A DNA stretch of 64,000 nucleotides from an uncultured Gemmatimonadales bacterium (GTDB lineage Bacteria > Gemmatimonadota > Gemmatimonadetes > Longimicrobiales > RSA9): contig CAWCRS010000007.1 in the NCBI GenBank assembly GCA_963798085.1, positions 1,152,001 through 1,216,000 of the forward strand. Direction: 5' to 3'. The translations under genes were made by a program, and so were the position numbers. Numbering within the stretch: position 1 is the stretch's first letter; every line of letters begins with the position of its first letter. The notes beneath the pieces are model-generated. The model saw nothing but the letters and a program-made list of their open reading frames with translations, ran no database searches and was not told the origin of the DNA. Of the stretch, positions 9,624 through 20,648 are shown piece by piece.

Positions 9624-10616
9624 ATGGACGCCTTTACGGCACTACCCATCATCGCTTTGATCGTCGCACTCATCGCCATCATGCTGTTGAACTGGGCGAT
9701 CCCTGTGCGACTCTGGATCGAAGCCATCTTCGCCGGCGTCCGTGTCGGCATTACCGATCTCATCGGGATGCGACTGCGCAAGGTGAATCCCGCGCAGGTC
9801 GTGCGTCCGCTGATCGCCGCCACCAAGGCCGGTCTCCATCTCAACGTGCAACAGCTCGAGGCGCATTACCTCGCCGGCGGTCACGTGGATCGCGTGGTGA
9901 AAGCACTGATCAGCGCCGACAAGGCGAATCTCGGACTCCCGTTCCCGCAGGCCGCCGCCATCGATCTCGCCGGCCGCGACGTGCTCGAAGCCGTGAAGGT
10001 CTCCGTCAATCCGAAAGTCATAGACACACCGCGCGTCGCCGCCATGGCGAAAGACGGCATTCAGCTGATCGCCACCGCGCGCGTTACCGTGCGCGCCAAC
10101 ATCACCCGCCTCGTGGGTGGCGCGGGCGAAGACACGATCCTCGCGCGTGTCGGTGAAGGCATTGTCTCCACCATCGGCTCTTCTGCGTCGCACAAGGCCG
10201 TGCTGGAGAACCCCGACAACATCTCGAAGACGGTGCTGGCCAAGGGACTCAATGCAGGCACCGCTTTCGAGATCCTCTCCATCGATATTGCCGATGTCGA
10301 TGTGGGCAAGAACATCGGCGCCGAGCTGCAGACGGATCAGGCGGAAGCGGACAAGCGCATCGCGCAGGCCAAGGCGGAGGAGCGTCGCGCCATGGCCGTG
10401 GCCGCCGAGCAGGAAATGCGCGCGAAGGTGCAGGAGATGCGCGCCAAGGTTGTGGAAGCCGAAGCCGAGATCCCGCTGGCCATGGCCGAAGCGTTCCGCG
10501 AGGGAAATCTCGGCATCATGGACTATGCTCGCTATCGCAATGTTACGGCGGACACGGAAATGCGGCGCGCCATTGCCGGTGGCGATGACGGCGCGCATCC
10601 GCGCGAAGGGGGCTGA
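9624..10616 (+). CDS. floA: Flotillin-like protein FloA (YqfA)
   Basis: [49 protein letters not shown]; follows nfeD. Confidence 0.92.
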   Translation: MDAFTALPIIALIVALIAIMLLNWAIPVRLWIEAIFAGVRVGITDLIGMRLRKVNPAQVVRPLIAATKAGLHLNVQQLEAHYLAGGHVDRVVKALISADKANLGLPFPQAAAIDLAGRDVLEAVKVSVNPKVIDTPRVAAMAKDGIQLIATARVTVRANITRLVGGAGEDTILARVGEGIVSTIGSSASHKAVLENPDNISKTVLAKGLNAGTAFEILSIDIADVDVGKNIGAELQTDQAEADKRIAQAKAEERRAMAVAAEQEMRAKVQEMRAKVVEAEAEIPLAMAEAFREGNLGIMDYARYRNVTADTEMRRAIAGGDDGAHPREGG

Positions 10617-11279
10617 GTGGGAAGCGGCCTTTTCTGGATCTTCCTGGTCATCATATTCGTCGTACTGCCCGCGATCGAGCGCGTACGCAAAGCCGGACAG
10701 CCGCCACCGAGCCGCCCGCCGCAGGGCCGGCCAGGGCAGCGCCCAATGCAGAGCGGCCCGATGGCGCGCACCACCATGACGTCACCGGGCGAGCGGCCGA
10801 ACGCTGCGGACATGCTGCCGCAGGATCTCTGGGAGATGCTGACCGGGCAGCGTCGCTCCGGCCCCACGCCACTGCCGCAGCCACAACCGACACTGCCACA
10901 GCCGCCCAGGGCGCCATCTGTGCAGCAGCCCGCGACTCAGGTGCCTGCTGCGCGTTCGGCTGCGCTCACGCCTCGCCCGCTCGGTCAACCGTCGCGCGAG
11001 GACGCGGCCATCACCGAACTGCTGCGCAACCGCGAACGCGAAACCGAAAAAGACCGGCGCGCGGCGCCCGCCGTCGCCGAAATACAGTCGCTCGAGACGG
11101 AGCCACCCTCCGCTGCTGTGCGCGACGCGCAGTTCCACGAAAAGCTGGCCCACCTGGCACCGCCACCCAGCGTGCATGAAGCAGGCGACCGCCTGCACAT
11201 CGATCTGCGTAATCGCTCGGCGCTCGCTCGCGCGATTCTCTTCAGGGAAGTACTGGGCCCGCCGAAAGGTCTGGAGTAA
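10617..11279 (+). CDS. YqfB-like protein: N-terminal TM, Pro/Gln-rich linker
   Basis: Abuts floA stop; C-terminal AILFREVLGPPKG motif typical of the third gene of nfeD-floA operons. Confidence 0.65.
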   Translation: MGSGLFWIFLVIIFVVLPAIERVRKAGQPPPSRPPQGRPGQRPMQSGPMARTTMTSPGERPNAADMLPQDLWEMLTGQRRSGPTPLPQPQPTLPQPPRAPSVQQPATQVPAARSAALTPRPLGQPSREDAAITELLRNRERETEKDRRAAPAVAEIQSLETEPPSAAVRDAQFHEKLAHLAPPPSVHEAGDRLHIDLRNRSALARAILFREVLGPPKGLE

Positions 11280-11308
11280 TCGGAATCACCGGGTTAGTTT
11301 TGGCGTCT

Positions 11309-11391
11309 GCCCGGGTGGCGAAATGGCAAACGCGGCGGACTCAAAATCCGCTGCCTGCAAGGGCTTGAGGGTTCGAATCCCTCCCCGGGCA
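11309..11391 (+). tRNA. tRNA-Leu(CAA), 3' CCA not encoded
   Basis: Acceptor stem GCCCGGG/CCCGGGC+A; D-loop GAAATGGCAAAC; anticodon arm GCGGA-CTCAAAA-TCCGC; long variable arm; T-arm GAGGG-TTCGAAT-CCCTC. Confidence 0.95.
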
Positions 11392-11414
11392 CTCCTCCCA
11401 CGCAGGGGCTGATC

Positions 11415-12155
11415 GTGCCACGCGCCATCTCGCATCTCGTCATTGCCAGCTTCGCCTTCACGGCGCTCGCCTCCACTGTCGCAGCGCAGGACACGACGTG
11501 GATCGCGACCGCACGCATTTACGGGCATGTGTTCGATCGCGGCCGCGCCAAAGCACTGCCCGGCGCCCGCCTCACACTCCTGGCGCTCGATCGACAGGCC
11601 ACCAGCGACAAGGACGGGCACTTTTCGTTTCAGGGCATCCCCGCTGGCACGTTCGTGCTGCGCGCCGAGCTGGATGGCCGCGCCACACGCGAAGATTCCG
11701 TGACCGTGCAGCAGGGACAATCGCTGGATGTGTTCGTGCGCCTGAGTCCGGACGCCGGCGAATTCCCGCACTTCGAAATCGCGCAGCGCTATTCCGGCCT
11801 GGAGGCGCGTGGTTTCTATGAACGCCGCGAGCATGTCGCAGGCATCTTCTTCTCGCCGCAGGACCTCGATCGCCGCAATGCGCGCCAGACCAGCGACATC
11901 TTCCAGGGGCTCTCCGGCATCGTCGTGAAACTCGAAGACGGTGTGAGTCGCGTCGACTTCATCCGCGGCGTGCGCTGTCGGCCGGACATCTACGTCGACA
12001 ACGCGCCGCTGGGCAGCAATCAGACCGTGGATGTGCTGCGTCCTGCCGAGGTGGCCGCCATCGAGATCTATTTCGCCGGCAACATGCCGCCGCGCTACAA
12101 GTCCAACCTGTGCGGCGCCATCGTCTTCTGGACGCGACGCTTCGGACTCAGCTGA
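11415..12155 (+). CDS. Secreted protein with carboxypeptidase-regulatory-like domain and TonB-plug-like domain, no barrel
   Basis: Signal peptide; G.V.D....LPGA, TSD.DG.F.F; C..DIYVD..., AAIEIY...CGAIVFWTR. Confidence 0.7.
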   Translation: MPRAISHLVIASFAFTALASTVAAQDTTWIATARIYGHVFDRGRAKALPGARLTLLALDRQATSDKDGHFSFQGIPAGTFVLRAELDGRATREDSVTVQQGQSLDVFVRLSPDAGEFPHFEIAQRYSGLEARGFYERREHVAGIFFSPQDLDRRNARQTSDIFQGLSGIVVKLEDGVSRVDFIRGVRCRPDIYVDNAPLGSNQTVDVLRPAEVAAIEIYFAGNMPPRYKSNLCGAIVFWTRRFGLS

Positions 12156-12164
12156 GCGCCGCGC

Positions 12165-13271
12165 TCAGCGGCTGTGGCGCATGCGCGCTTTCGCCTCGGC
12201 CAGCGCCGTTCCATAGCGCGCGACCATTGTTTCCAGACTGAACTGCTGCTCGGCCCGCAGCCGCGCGGCTGCCGCCATGCGCCTCCGCCACGCTTCATCG
12301 TGCGCCATTAACAGCAGGTTTTGAGCGACGGCGCCGGTATCGCCCGCGGTCACCAGCACACCGCTCACGCCGTCTTCGATCTGTTCGTCGTGGCTGGCGC
12401 CGCGACTCGCGATCACGGGCAGGCCGCACGCCAGCGCCTCGATCACGGCATTGGAGAAGCCCTCGGCCGCGGAGAGGTGCACCGCCACGTCCGCGGCCGC
12501 CAGCAGCTCCGGGATGTCGCGACGAGGGCCGGTGAACGTCGTCGCCAGCCCCAGCTCGCCCGCGAGCGCCTCGAGCGCCGGCCGCTCCGGCCCCGGCCCG
12601 ACGAGGAGCGCGTGCACCTGCGGCTCGCCTAACAGGCTGATAGATCGCAGCAGCAGGTCCACGTTCTTGCGCGGCTGCAGTACGCCGTGGTAGCAGACCA
12701 CGAACGCGCTGCCGGGTATACCCAGCGCCTGGCGCATGGCGAGGCGCAGCTCCGGCCGGGGCGCAAAGCGCGACAGGTCCTTGCCGTTGTGGATCACGTG
12801 CATGGGAACCGCCGCGATCCAGGGCGTCGCCGCCAGCAGCTGCGTACGCATGGCGGCGGAGTTCACGATCATGCCCTCGATGCGCGTCCACAGCGTGCGA
12901 TACAGCAGACCGTCGCGCAGCACGCTGGGCGCGCCGTGCCGGTGTACCAGGGCCGGCCCTTGCCGCAGCAGGCGAGCGGCGAAGCTGAGCTTCACGTCCT
13001 TCCGGCGGTCGGCAAGAATCACGTCCGGCCGCGTGCGCTCGATCACCGTGGCGATCTGCACCGCGCGCCACGCATTCAGCTCCGCGCGGATGGCGACGGG
13101 CATGACCTCGACAGTGCCGGCGGCAGCGAGTCGTTCGCGCAGCACACTCGCGGGATGACAGACGACGGACACGGCATGACCGGCGCTCGCCAGCCCGGTC
13201 GCCAGCTCGACCGCTGACGAGAGTCCGCCTGCCACACCGCGTTCGGAATTGACGAGGAGGATCCTCAGCAC
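12165..13271 (-). CDS. Glycosyltransferase family 4
   Basis: HNGKD, RKNVD, EGFSNAVIEALACGLPVIAS (E-x7-E); probable GTG start at 13271. Confidence 0.9.
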   Translation of the reverse strand: MLRILLVNSERGVAGGLSSAVELATGLASAGHAVSVVCHPASVLRERLAAAGTVEVMPVAIRAELNAWRAVQIATVIERTRPDVILADRRKDVKLSFAARLLRQGPALVHRHGAPSVLRDGLLYRTLWTRIEGMIVNSAAMRTQLLAATPWIAAVPMHVIHNGKDLSRFAPRPELRLAMRQALGIPGSAFVVCYHGVLQPRKNVDLLLRSISLLGEPQVHALLVGPGPERPALEALAGELGLATTFTGPRRDIPELLAAADVAVHLSAAEGFSNAVIEALACGLPVIASRGASHDEQIEDGVSGVLVTAGDTGAVAQNLLLMAHDEAWRRRMAAAARLRAEQQFSLETMVARYGTALAEAKARMRHSR

Positions 13272-13346
13272 CTTCTCACGGCCCCTGTCCGCGGTTAAGT
13301 TACGCGGGGTCAAGTCCAAGAAGCAAAACGATTTGGGAGCACACTG

Positions 13347-15145
<1,799 letters not shown>

Positions 15146-15149
<4 letters not shown>

Positions 15150-16154
15150 GCGAGGACGGACGGCGGCTCGTGGTCCGGGCGCCGAATCATCTCGGGCGAC
15201 CTGGTCATGGCCCTGCCCGCGCTGCTCGCCGCGCGCGCCGATGCCATTGTCGTCGCTGCCTGGCTCGCGCCGCTGCTCTCACTCACGCCACTCACGGCCC
15301 GGATCGTACCCCTGCGTCGCGGTGTGCGCGGCATGCTGCCCGCCGCGACGCGCATCCGGCGCGGCCAGTTCGCACGCGGCGTGCTGCTGACGTCGTCGTT
15401 CTCCTCGGCGCTGCTCTTCCGCATGTCGGGCGTGCGTTCCGTGCGCGGTGCGGCCACGGATGCCCGCGAGCGTCTGCTGAACGACGTGGTGCCGCGCAGC
15501 GCGATCGACGCGCTGCATCGCAGTGTCGCCTATCATCTGCTGGTGACCGGCGAGCCGTTGCCGGATGTGCCCCTGCCTCACCTCGAAATACCGGAGGCCG
15601 CGCAGGTGGCGTGGCGTCAGGTGTGGGGGCAGCCGGGGCAGGGCAGCGGCCGCGTGGTCGGCGTGATACCGGGCAGTCACGCCTCGTCACGCGCCTGGCC
15701 GGCGGCGCGTTACGCCGCCGTGGCGCGCGCGCTCGCCGCCGAAGGCATGCGGGTCGTCGTGTTCGGCAGTGCGGCCGAGCGCGCATTGACACGGGTCGTA
15801 GCCGGCGACTGGGCCTTCGATGCCGGCGGGCGCACGGATCTGCCCACGCTGGCGGCTGCGCTGGCGTCGTGCGACATTCTGATCACCAACGACAGTGGGC
15901 CCATGCACCTGGGCGCGGCGGCAGGCGTTCCCACGCTTGCCCTCTGGGGCGCGGGCAATCCCGCGGTCACCGGCGTCGCGGGCGCCTGCCACCGCATGCT
16001 GCGCCGCACCGATCTGCCCTGTGTGCCCTGTGTGAAAAACGAATGCCCGCGCCACGGTGCGGGCTTCATCCTGGACAATGCGGAGCGCGAATGTCTGACC
16101 CTGATCGAAGCAGTGGACGTGCTGCGCGCGGCACACGAAGCGCTGGCGCCGTGA
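15146..16154 (+). CDS. Glycosyltransferase family 9 (heptosyltransferase II-like); +1 frameshift at GGG 15194-15196
   Basis: [10 protein letters not shown] in one frame continues as DLVMALPAL in another; [10 protein letters not shown]; removing one G joins them. Confidence 0.85.
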
Positions 16155-17173
16155 TGGATGTGCACGCGGAACAGCCCACCGACAAGAAGTGGATCGTGGG
16201 CGTCGACCTGGGTGGCACTAACATTTCCGTTGGCGTGCTGCCCATGGATGGTGGCACAGGCGATGTGCTGGGTCTGCGCACCGTGGCCACCGAAGCCGGC
16301 CGCGGCGCGAAATTCGTCGTCGACCGCATCATCGGTCTGATCCAGGACGCACGCGAGGAAGTGCTCGCCGAGCATGGAGGCGTGGCCAGCGACTTTGCCG
16401 GTGTCGGCATTGGCTCGCCCGGTCCGCTCAATCGCAAGACCGGCACGGTCATCAACACGCCCAACCTGGGCTGGCGCAATTTCCCGCTGCGCGATCTCGT
16501 GGCGCGCGCCGTCGGCCTGCCTGCCACACTCGACAACGACGCCAACTGCGCCACCTATGGCGAATGGTGGCTGGGCGCCGGTCGCAACGTCGAAACGCTG
16601 GTCGGCCTCACGCTGGGTACCGGCATTGGTGGCGGCATTGTGCTGAACGGCGAGATCTTCCACGGCGTGAGCGACGCAGCCGGCGAGATCGGGCACATGA
16701 CCATCGACTCCACCGGTCGCCTCTGCAAGTGCGGCAACTACGGCTGCCTGGAAGCTTACGCATCGGGTCCGGCGATCGCGTTCCGCGCGATGGAGGGAAT
16801 TCGCGCGGGCGCGGAATCGCTGCTGCCCGGGCTCGTCGATGGCAAGCTCGAGGACATCACGGCTGCCACCGTCTATGAAGCCGTCGTGCTCGGTGATCCT
16901 TACGCCAACGAGGTGATGCGCGAGACGGCGAAGTTCCTCGGCGCCGGTGTGGCCAACATCATCAACGTGCTGAACCCGCACATGGTCGTGATCTCCGGTG
17001 GCGTGACGCGCGCCGGCGATCACCTGTTCGTGCCGCTGCGCGCGGAGGTCCGGCGTCGCGCTTTCCGCAGCGCCGAGGAAGCCTGCCAGATCGTTTCCGG
17101 CAGACTGCCCGGCACGGCGGGCGTGATCGGCGCGGCCGGCGTCTTCAAGCGAGAGACGTACGGCGTCGTTTGA
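16154..17173 (+). CDS. ROK-family sugar kinase (glucokinase-like)
   Basis: VDLGGT, DNDAN, LGTGIGGG, GEIGH, CKCGNYGCLE; no N-terminal HTH; ATG overlaps the GT9 stop. Confidence 0.92.
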   Translation: MDVHAEQPTDKKWIVGVDLGGTNISVGVLPMDGGTGDVLGLRTVATEAGRGAKFVVDRIIGLIQDAREEVLAEHGGVASDFAGVGIGSPGPLNRKTGTVINTPNLGWRNFPLRDLVARAVGLPATLDNDANCATYGEWWLGAGRNVETLVGLTLGTGIGGGIVLNGEIFHGVSDAAGEIGHMTIDSTGRLCKCGNYGCLEAYASGPAIAFRAMEGIRAGAESLLPGLVDGKLEDITAATVYEAVVLGDPYANEVMRETAKFLGAGVANIINVLNPHMVVISGGVTRAGDHLFVPLRAEVRRRAFRSAEEACQIVSGRLPGTAGVIGAAGVFKRETYGVV

Positions 17174-17183
17174 ACGCCACGCC

Positions 17184-18164
17184 ATGCCTCGCGTTGGTGT
17201 GCTCGGAACCCTGGTGTGGGACCGCATCCACTCCCGCGACGGCCGCGCTCTGCCTTTCGAGGAATGGGGCGGCTTGAGCTACGCCCTCGCCGCCGCCGCC
17301 GCCGCGTGTCCACCGGACTGGACCATCGTGCCCCTGATCCGCGTCGGGCAGGACCTGCAGGAGTCGGCGTGGCGCTTTCTCCGCTCGCTTCCCGGCTTCG
17401 ACCTCGAGTCCGGCGTGCGTGTGGTGCCGCAGCCCAACAATCGTGTCGAGCTGCGTTATCAGGATCGCGAGCGGCGCTGCGAGCAGATGTCAGGTGGCGT
17501 CGGTCCCTGGCAATGGCAGGACCTCGCGCCCATCGTCTCCACGCTCGATGCGCTCTACATCAACTTCATCTCCGGGTTCGAATTCAATCTCAATGTGGCG
17601 ACGAAGCTGCGCACCGTCTTCAGCGGTCCGATCTACGCGGACCTGCACTCGCTGTTTCTGGGAATTGATCCGGCCGGCTGGCGCACACTGCAGCCGCTCT
17701 CCGCGTGGCGCGACTGGCTGCGCTGCTTCGACATCGTGCAGGTGAACGAAGCGGAACTGCCCATGCTCGCCTCGGCATGGGGCGATCCCTGGCGCTTCGC
17801 CGCCGAAGTCGTCGGTCCGGAACTGCGCATGCTCGTGGTAACGCTCGGTTCGCGCGGCGCCGCGTACGTCGCTTCACCCGAGTTCGGCAGCGGGCCCCTG
17901 TCCTGGCGGCGCGTCGCCGGAAGCTCCGTCGTCGCCTCCCCGGCAGCCGCGCGCAGCGAGCGCTTCCCGCCGCCCGCAGGCGAGGAGGAAGGCGATCCCA
18001 CGGGCTGTGGCGATGTCTGGGGCGCCACCTGCTTCTGCAGCCTGCTCGGCGGAGAACCCATCGAGCGCGCCGCCCGGCTTGCCCTCGACGCCGCTGCGCG
18101 CAACGTGCGCTACCGCGGCGCCACGGGGCTGTTCGAGCACCTGCGCGGCAGGATCCCATCGTGA
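17184..18164 (+). CDS. PfkB/ribokinase-family kinase
   Basis: N-terminal GG motif, VNEAE, VTLGSRGA, DPTGCGD anion hole. Confidence 0.8.
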   Translation: MPRVGVLGTLVWDRIHSRDGRALPFEEWGGLSYALAAAAAACPPDWTIVPLIRVGQDLQESAWRFLRSLPGFDLESGVRVVPQPNNRVELRYQDRERRCEQMSGGVGPWQWQDLAPIVSTLDALYINFISGFEFNLNVATKLRTVFSGPIYADLHSLFLGIDPAGWRTLQPLSAWRDWLRCFDIVQVNEAELPMLASAWGDPWRFAAEVVGPELRMLVVTLGSRGAAYVASPEFGSGPLSWRRVAGSSVVASPAAARSERFPPPAGEEEGDPTGCGDVWGATCFCSLLGGEPIERAARLALDAAARNVRYRGATGLFEHLRGRIPS

Positions 18165-19102
18165 AGCTCGTCGCGCTGCCGTCGTCGCTCGATGAGCGGT
18201 CCTTCGATACGGTCGTGCGCGGCCTCGAAGGCGATCCGGCGGAGCGCCGCCTGTTCGATGGCAGCCACATGCGCTGGGCCGATCCCTACGGCATGATCGG
18301 ACTGCTCGCGGTCGGCACCGTGGCCGGACAACAGGCGGAGCAGCCCATATTGCGCCTGCCGGAGTCGCCCGAGGTCGTCAGCTACATGACACGCATGGGC
18401 TTCTTCGAGCACGCAAACCCGCTGTTCGAGCTGCACGGCGCCGGCCGCCGTGCGCGCGCCGATGGCCCATCCGATGTCCTGCTCGAGATCACGGGCATCC
18501 ACTCCCACGCCGACGTGCACACCATCGTCAATCTCGTGAACGAGCGCGGCATGGCCATCCTCACCAAACAGCTGCGCTATCCCGTGCGCGAGGCGTTCCA
18601 GTTCAGCGTGGTGCTCTCCGAAGTCTGCCAGAACATCATCGAGCACGCCGAGGTCGGCGGCTGGGTGGCCACCCAGACCTACACGTGGACGAAGCGGCTG
18701 GCCGGGCGCCGCGTCGTGGTAATTGCCGTGATGGACCTCGGGATCGGGTTCCGTGGTTCGCTGGCCGCGGCGCAGGCCGCGCGTCATCCTGATGTCAGTC
18801 GCTGGACCGACGCGAACGCGCTCGAGGCTGCGTTCCTGCACGGGCAGACGCGCTTCCACGATCCCGGCCGCGGCCAGGGCCTGCAGCAGATCCGCAAACA
18901 GGTGGGCAGGTGGAACGGCCGCGTCTCCATCCGCAGCGGCACCGCGCGCATTGCTGATGTGCCCGACTGGGACGAGTCATTGCCGCTGGAACAGAATCTG
19001 CCTTTCCTGCCGGGGGCACAAATCGGTATCATTCTGCCAGCACGCGTTGCCGACGAGGAAGTTGCCTCGCCTGGTGCTGCGCGGAAGGGAGGGGCACTTT
19101 GA
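18161..19102 (+). CDS. STAS-like domain fused to GHKL (HATPase_c) ATPase/kinase domain
   Basis: GTG start overlapping the PfkB stop; N box EVCQNIIEHA, G1 DLGIG, G2 GRGQGL; no His-phosphotransfer domain; STAS-like N-terminus. Confidence 0.75.
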   Translation: MKLVALPSSLDERSFDTVVRGLEGDPAERRLFDGSHMRWADPYGMIGLLAVGTVAGQQAEQPILRLPESPEVVSYMTRMGFFEHANPLFELHGAGRRARADGPSDVLLEITGIHSHADVHTIVNLVNERGMAILTKQLRYPVREAFQFSVVLSEVCQNIIEHAEVGGWVATQTYTWTKRLAGRRVVVIAVMDLGIGFRGSLAAAQAARHPDVSRWTDANALEAAFLHGQTRFHDPGRGQGLQQIRKQVGRWNGRVSIRSGTARIADVPDWDESLPLEQNLPFLPGAQIGIILPARVADEEVASPGAARKGGAL

Positions 19103-19686
19103 GCTACGGACCGGCCATGCTCGCGTTCCAGATCGATCTCTCGAAGATCGCGCCCCGCTCCGTCGCCAGCCTCTTCTCCCACCTCGTCACCCGTCCCACC
19201 GGCCGCGCCCTGCGTCTGGGCATCGAGAGCCAGATCGGCGAGCTGGGCGCCAGCTGCGTATCCATTCTCGATTTCACGCAGGTCGTGGTGCTCGACTACA
19301 GCTGCGCCGACGAAGCGGTGGCCAAGTTGATCCAGCATTATGTGGGTGCAGACCGGCCGGCCGATGTGTACTTCGTTGCGCGCGGGCTGGGCGAACAACA
19401 TCGCGATCCCATCGAGGCCGTGCTCGCGCGTCATGGTCTGGCGCTGGTGGGCGAGGTCGAAGCGGTGGGCTTTCTGCTGCTGGGTGAGGCGACGCGGGTC
19501 GAGCGCGGCGTGTGGAACGCTCTCGAGCACGCGCGCAATGCAGCGCCCGCACAGATCGCGCACTCACTCGATGGCGGCGAAGCAGAAGTCGCCGATGCGC
19601 TGCAGGCGCTGGCCAACCGGCGTCTCGTGCTGCGCCAGATGCGCGACCGTTACGTCGCGCTCAGCTCACTGCTCGAAACGCACTGA
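19099..19686 (+). CDS. STAS-like (DUF4325-like) domain plus putative winged-helix domain
   Basis: GRALR..IE, LDFTQVVVLDYSCADE; C-terminal AQIAHSL...EVADALQALANRRLV; overlaps the upstream stop. Confidence 0.65.
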   Translation: MSYGPAMLAFQIDLSKIAPRSVASLFSHLVTRPTGRALRLGIESQIGELGASCVSILDFTQVVVLDYSCADEAVAKLIQHYVGADRPADVYFVARGLGEQHRDPIEAVLARHGLALVGEVEAVGFLLLGEATRVERGVWNALEHARNAAPAQIAHSLDGGEAEVADALQALANRRLVLRQMRDRYVALSSLLETH

Positions 19687-19694
19687 CCTCGCGC

Positions 19695-20429
19695 TCAGCG
19701 CGAACGGGGAAAACGCAGGCGCCGCTCCGCGCGTCCCATCACGAACCACAGCACCCGATTCGATGCCTTGAGCACGGCCAGCGCAGAGGCGGTCTGTATG
19801 TCCTCGTCCTGACTGTGCGCGCCGGCCAGGCTCAGCGAGCGGCGGCCCAGATGCGGTGACGTCACCACCACGCTCGTGAGCGCGTACCGCTCGCCCACCG
19901 CCTCCACCACAGTCGCGAACTCCAGTCCGAACCTTGCCTGCTCGCCGCTGATCTGATTCACCGCCTGCAACGTGGCCAGCGCAGCGGCTCGCGCCCGGCC
20001 GTCACCCGCCTCGAACTCGGTCGCCAGTCCCTGGATCGTTCGGCCCTCGTGCAGCAGGTGCACGCGCACGGTCACCCGTGACGCGACCACTTCGCTTTCC
20101 ACCGCGGTGAGCCGAACGCGCGTGAACGGCAGATCCATGCGCGGCGGCGGCGGTCGGTCAGCGGCAGGCGCTGGCGCTGCTTCGGCGCCATCCGTCTTCT
20201 CGTCCGCCAGCTGCGCTATGCTGATGATGCGCTGGTCGATGGGCACGCGCAGCCGGCTCTCCAGCACGCCCTTCACATGCTGCGCGAATTCGCGCGGGCG
20301 CGGACCGGGCTTGATCAGCAGATGGATCTCGCGCGGATGACCGAACGCATCAGGCTGCACGAATGCGCCTACGACGCCGGGCATCTCGCGCAGAACCGAT
20401 TCGGCGGTTTCCTTTATCCCCTTGTCCAT
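19695..20429 (-). CDS. Conserved hypothetical two-domain protein
   Basis: Real part of the 857-aa track ORF begins at MDKGIKETAE; EIHLL...IDQRIISIAQL domain, Pro/Ala linker, C-terminal domain ending ALAVLKASNR. Confidence 0.7.
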   Translation of the reverse strand: MDKGIKETAESVLREMPGVVGAFVQPDAFGHPREIHLLIKPGPRPREFAQHVKGVLESRLRVPIDQRIISIAQLADEKTDGAEAAPAPAADRPPPPRMDLPFTRVRLTAVESEVVASRVTVRVHLLHEGRTIQGLATEFEAGDGRARAAALATLQAVNQISGEQARFGLEFATVVEAVGERYALTSVVVTSPHLGRRSLSLAGAHSQDEDIQTASALAVLKASNRVLWFVMGRAERRLRFPRSR

Positions 20430-20648
20430 GGATGCGTCATGCAGGCGGAAGCGACCGCGCCGCCGTCGGCGGGGCCCGAGACAATGTGTCCGATCCGGTG
20501 TGAGGTCAAGACCCGTGCCCCGTCTGCACCCACGTGAACACCGCCAGGCCCCACCTCGATTGCCGGCCCGTACGCTCTCCCCGTACTTTCTTCTCCGCGT
20601 CGGCGTGCGCGCGCCGCGTTCGCTCGCCCATTCTTGCGGACCGAACCT

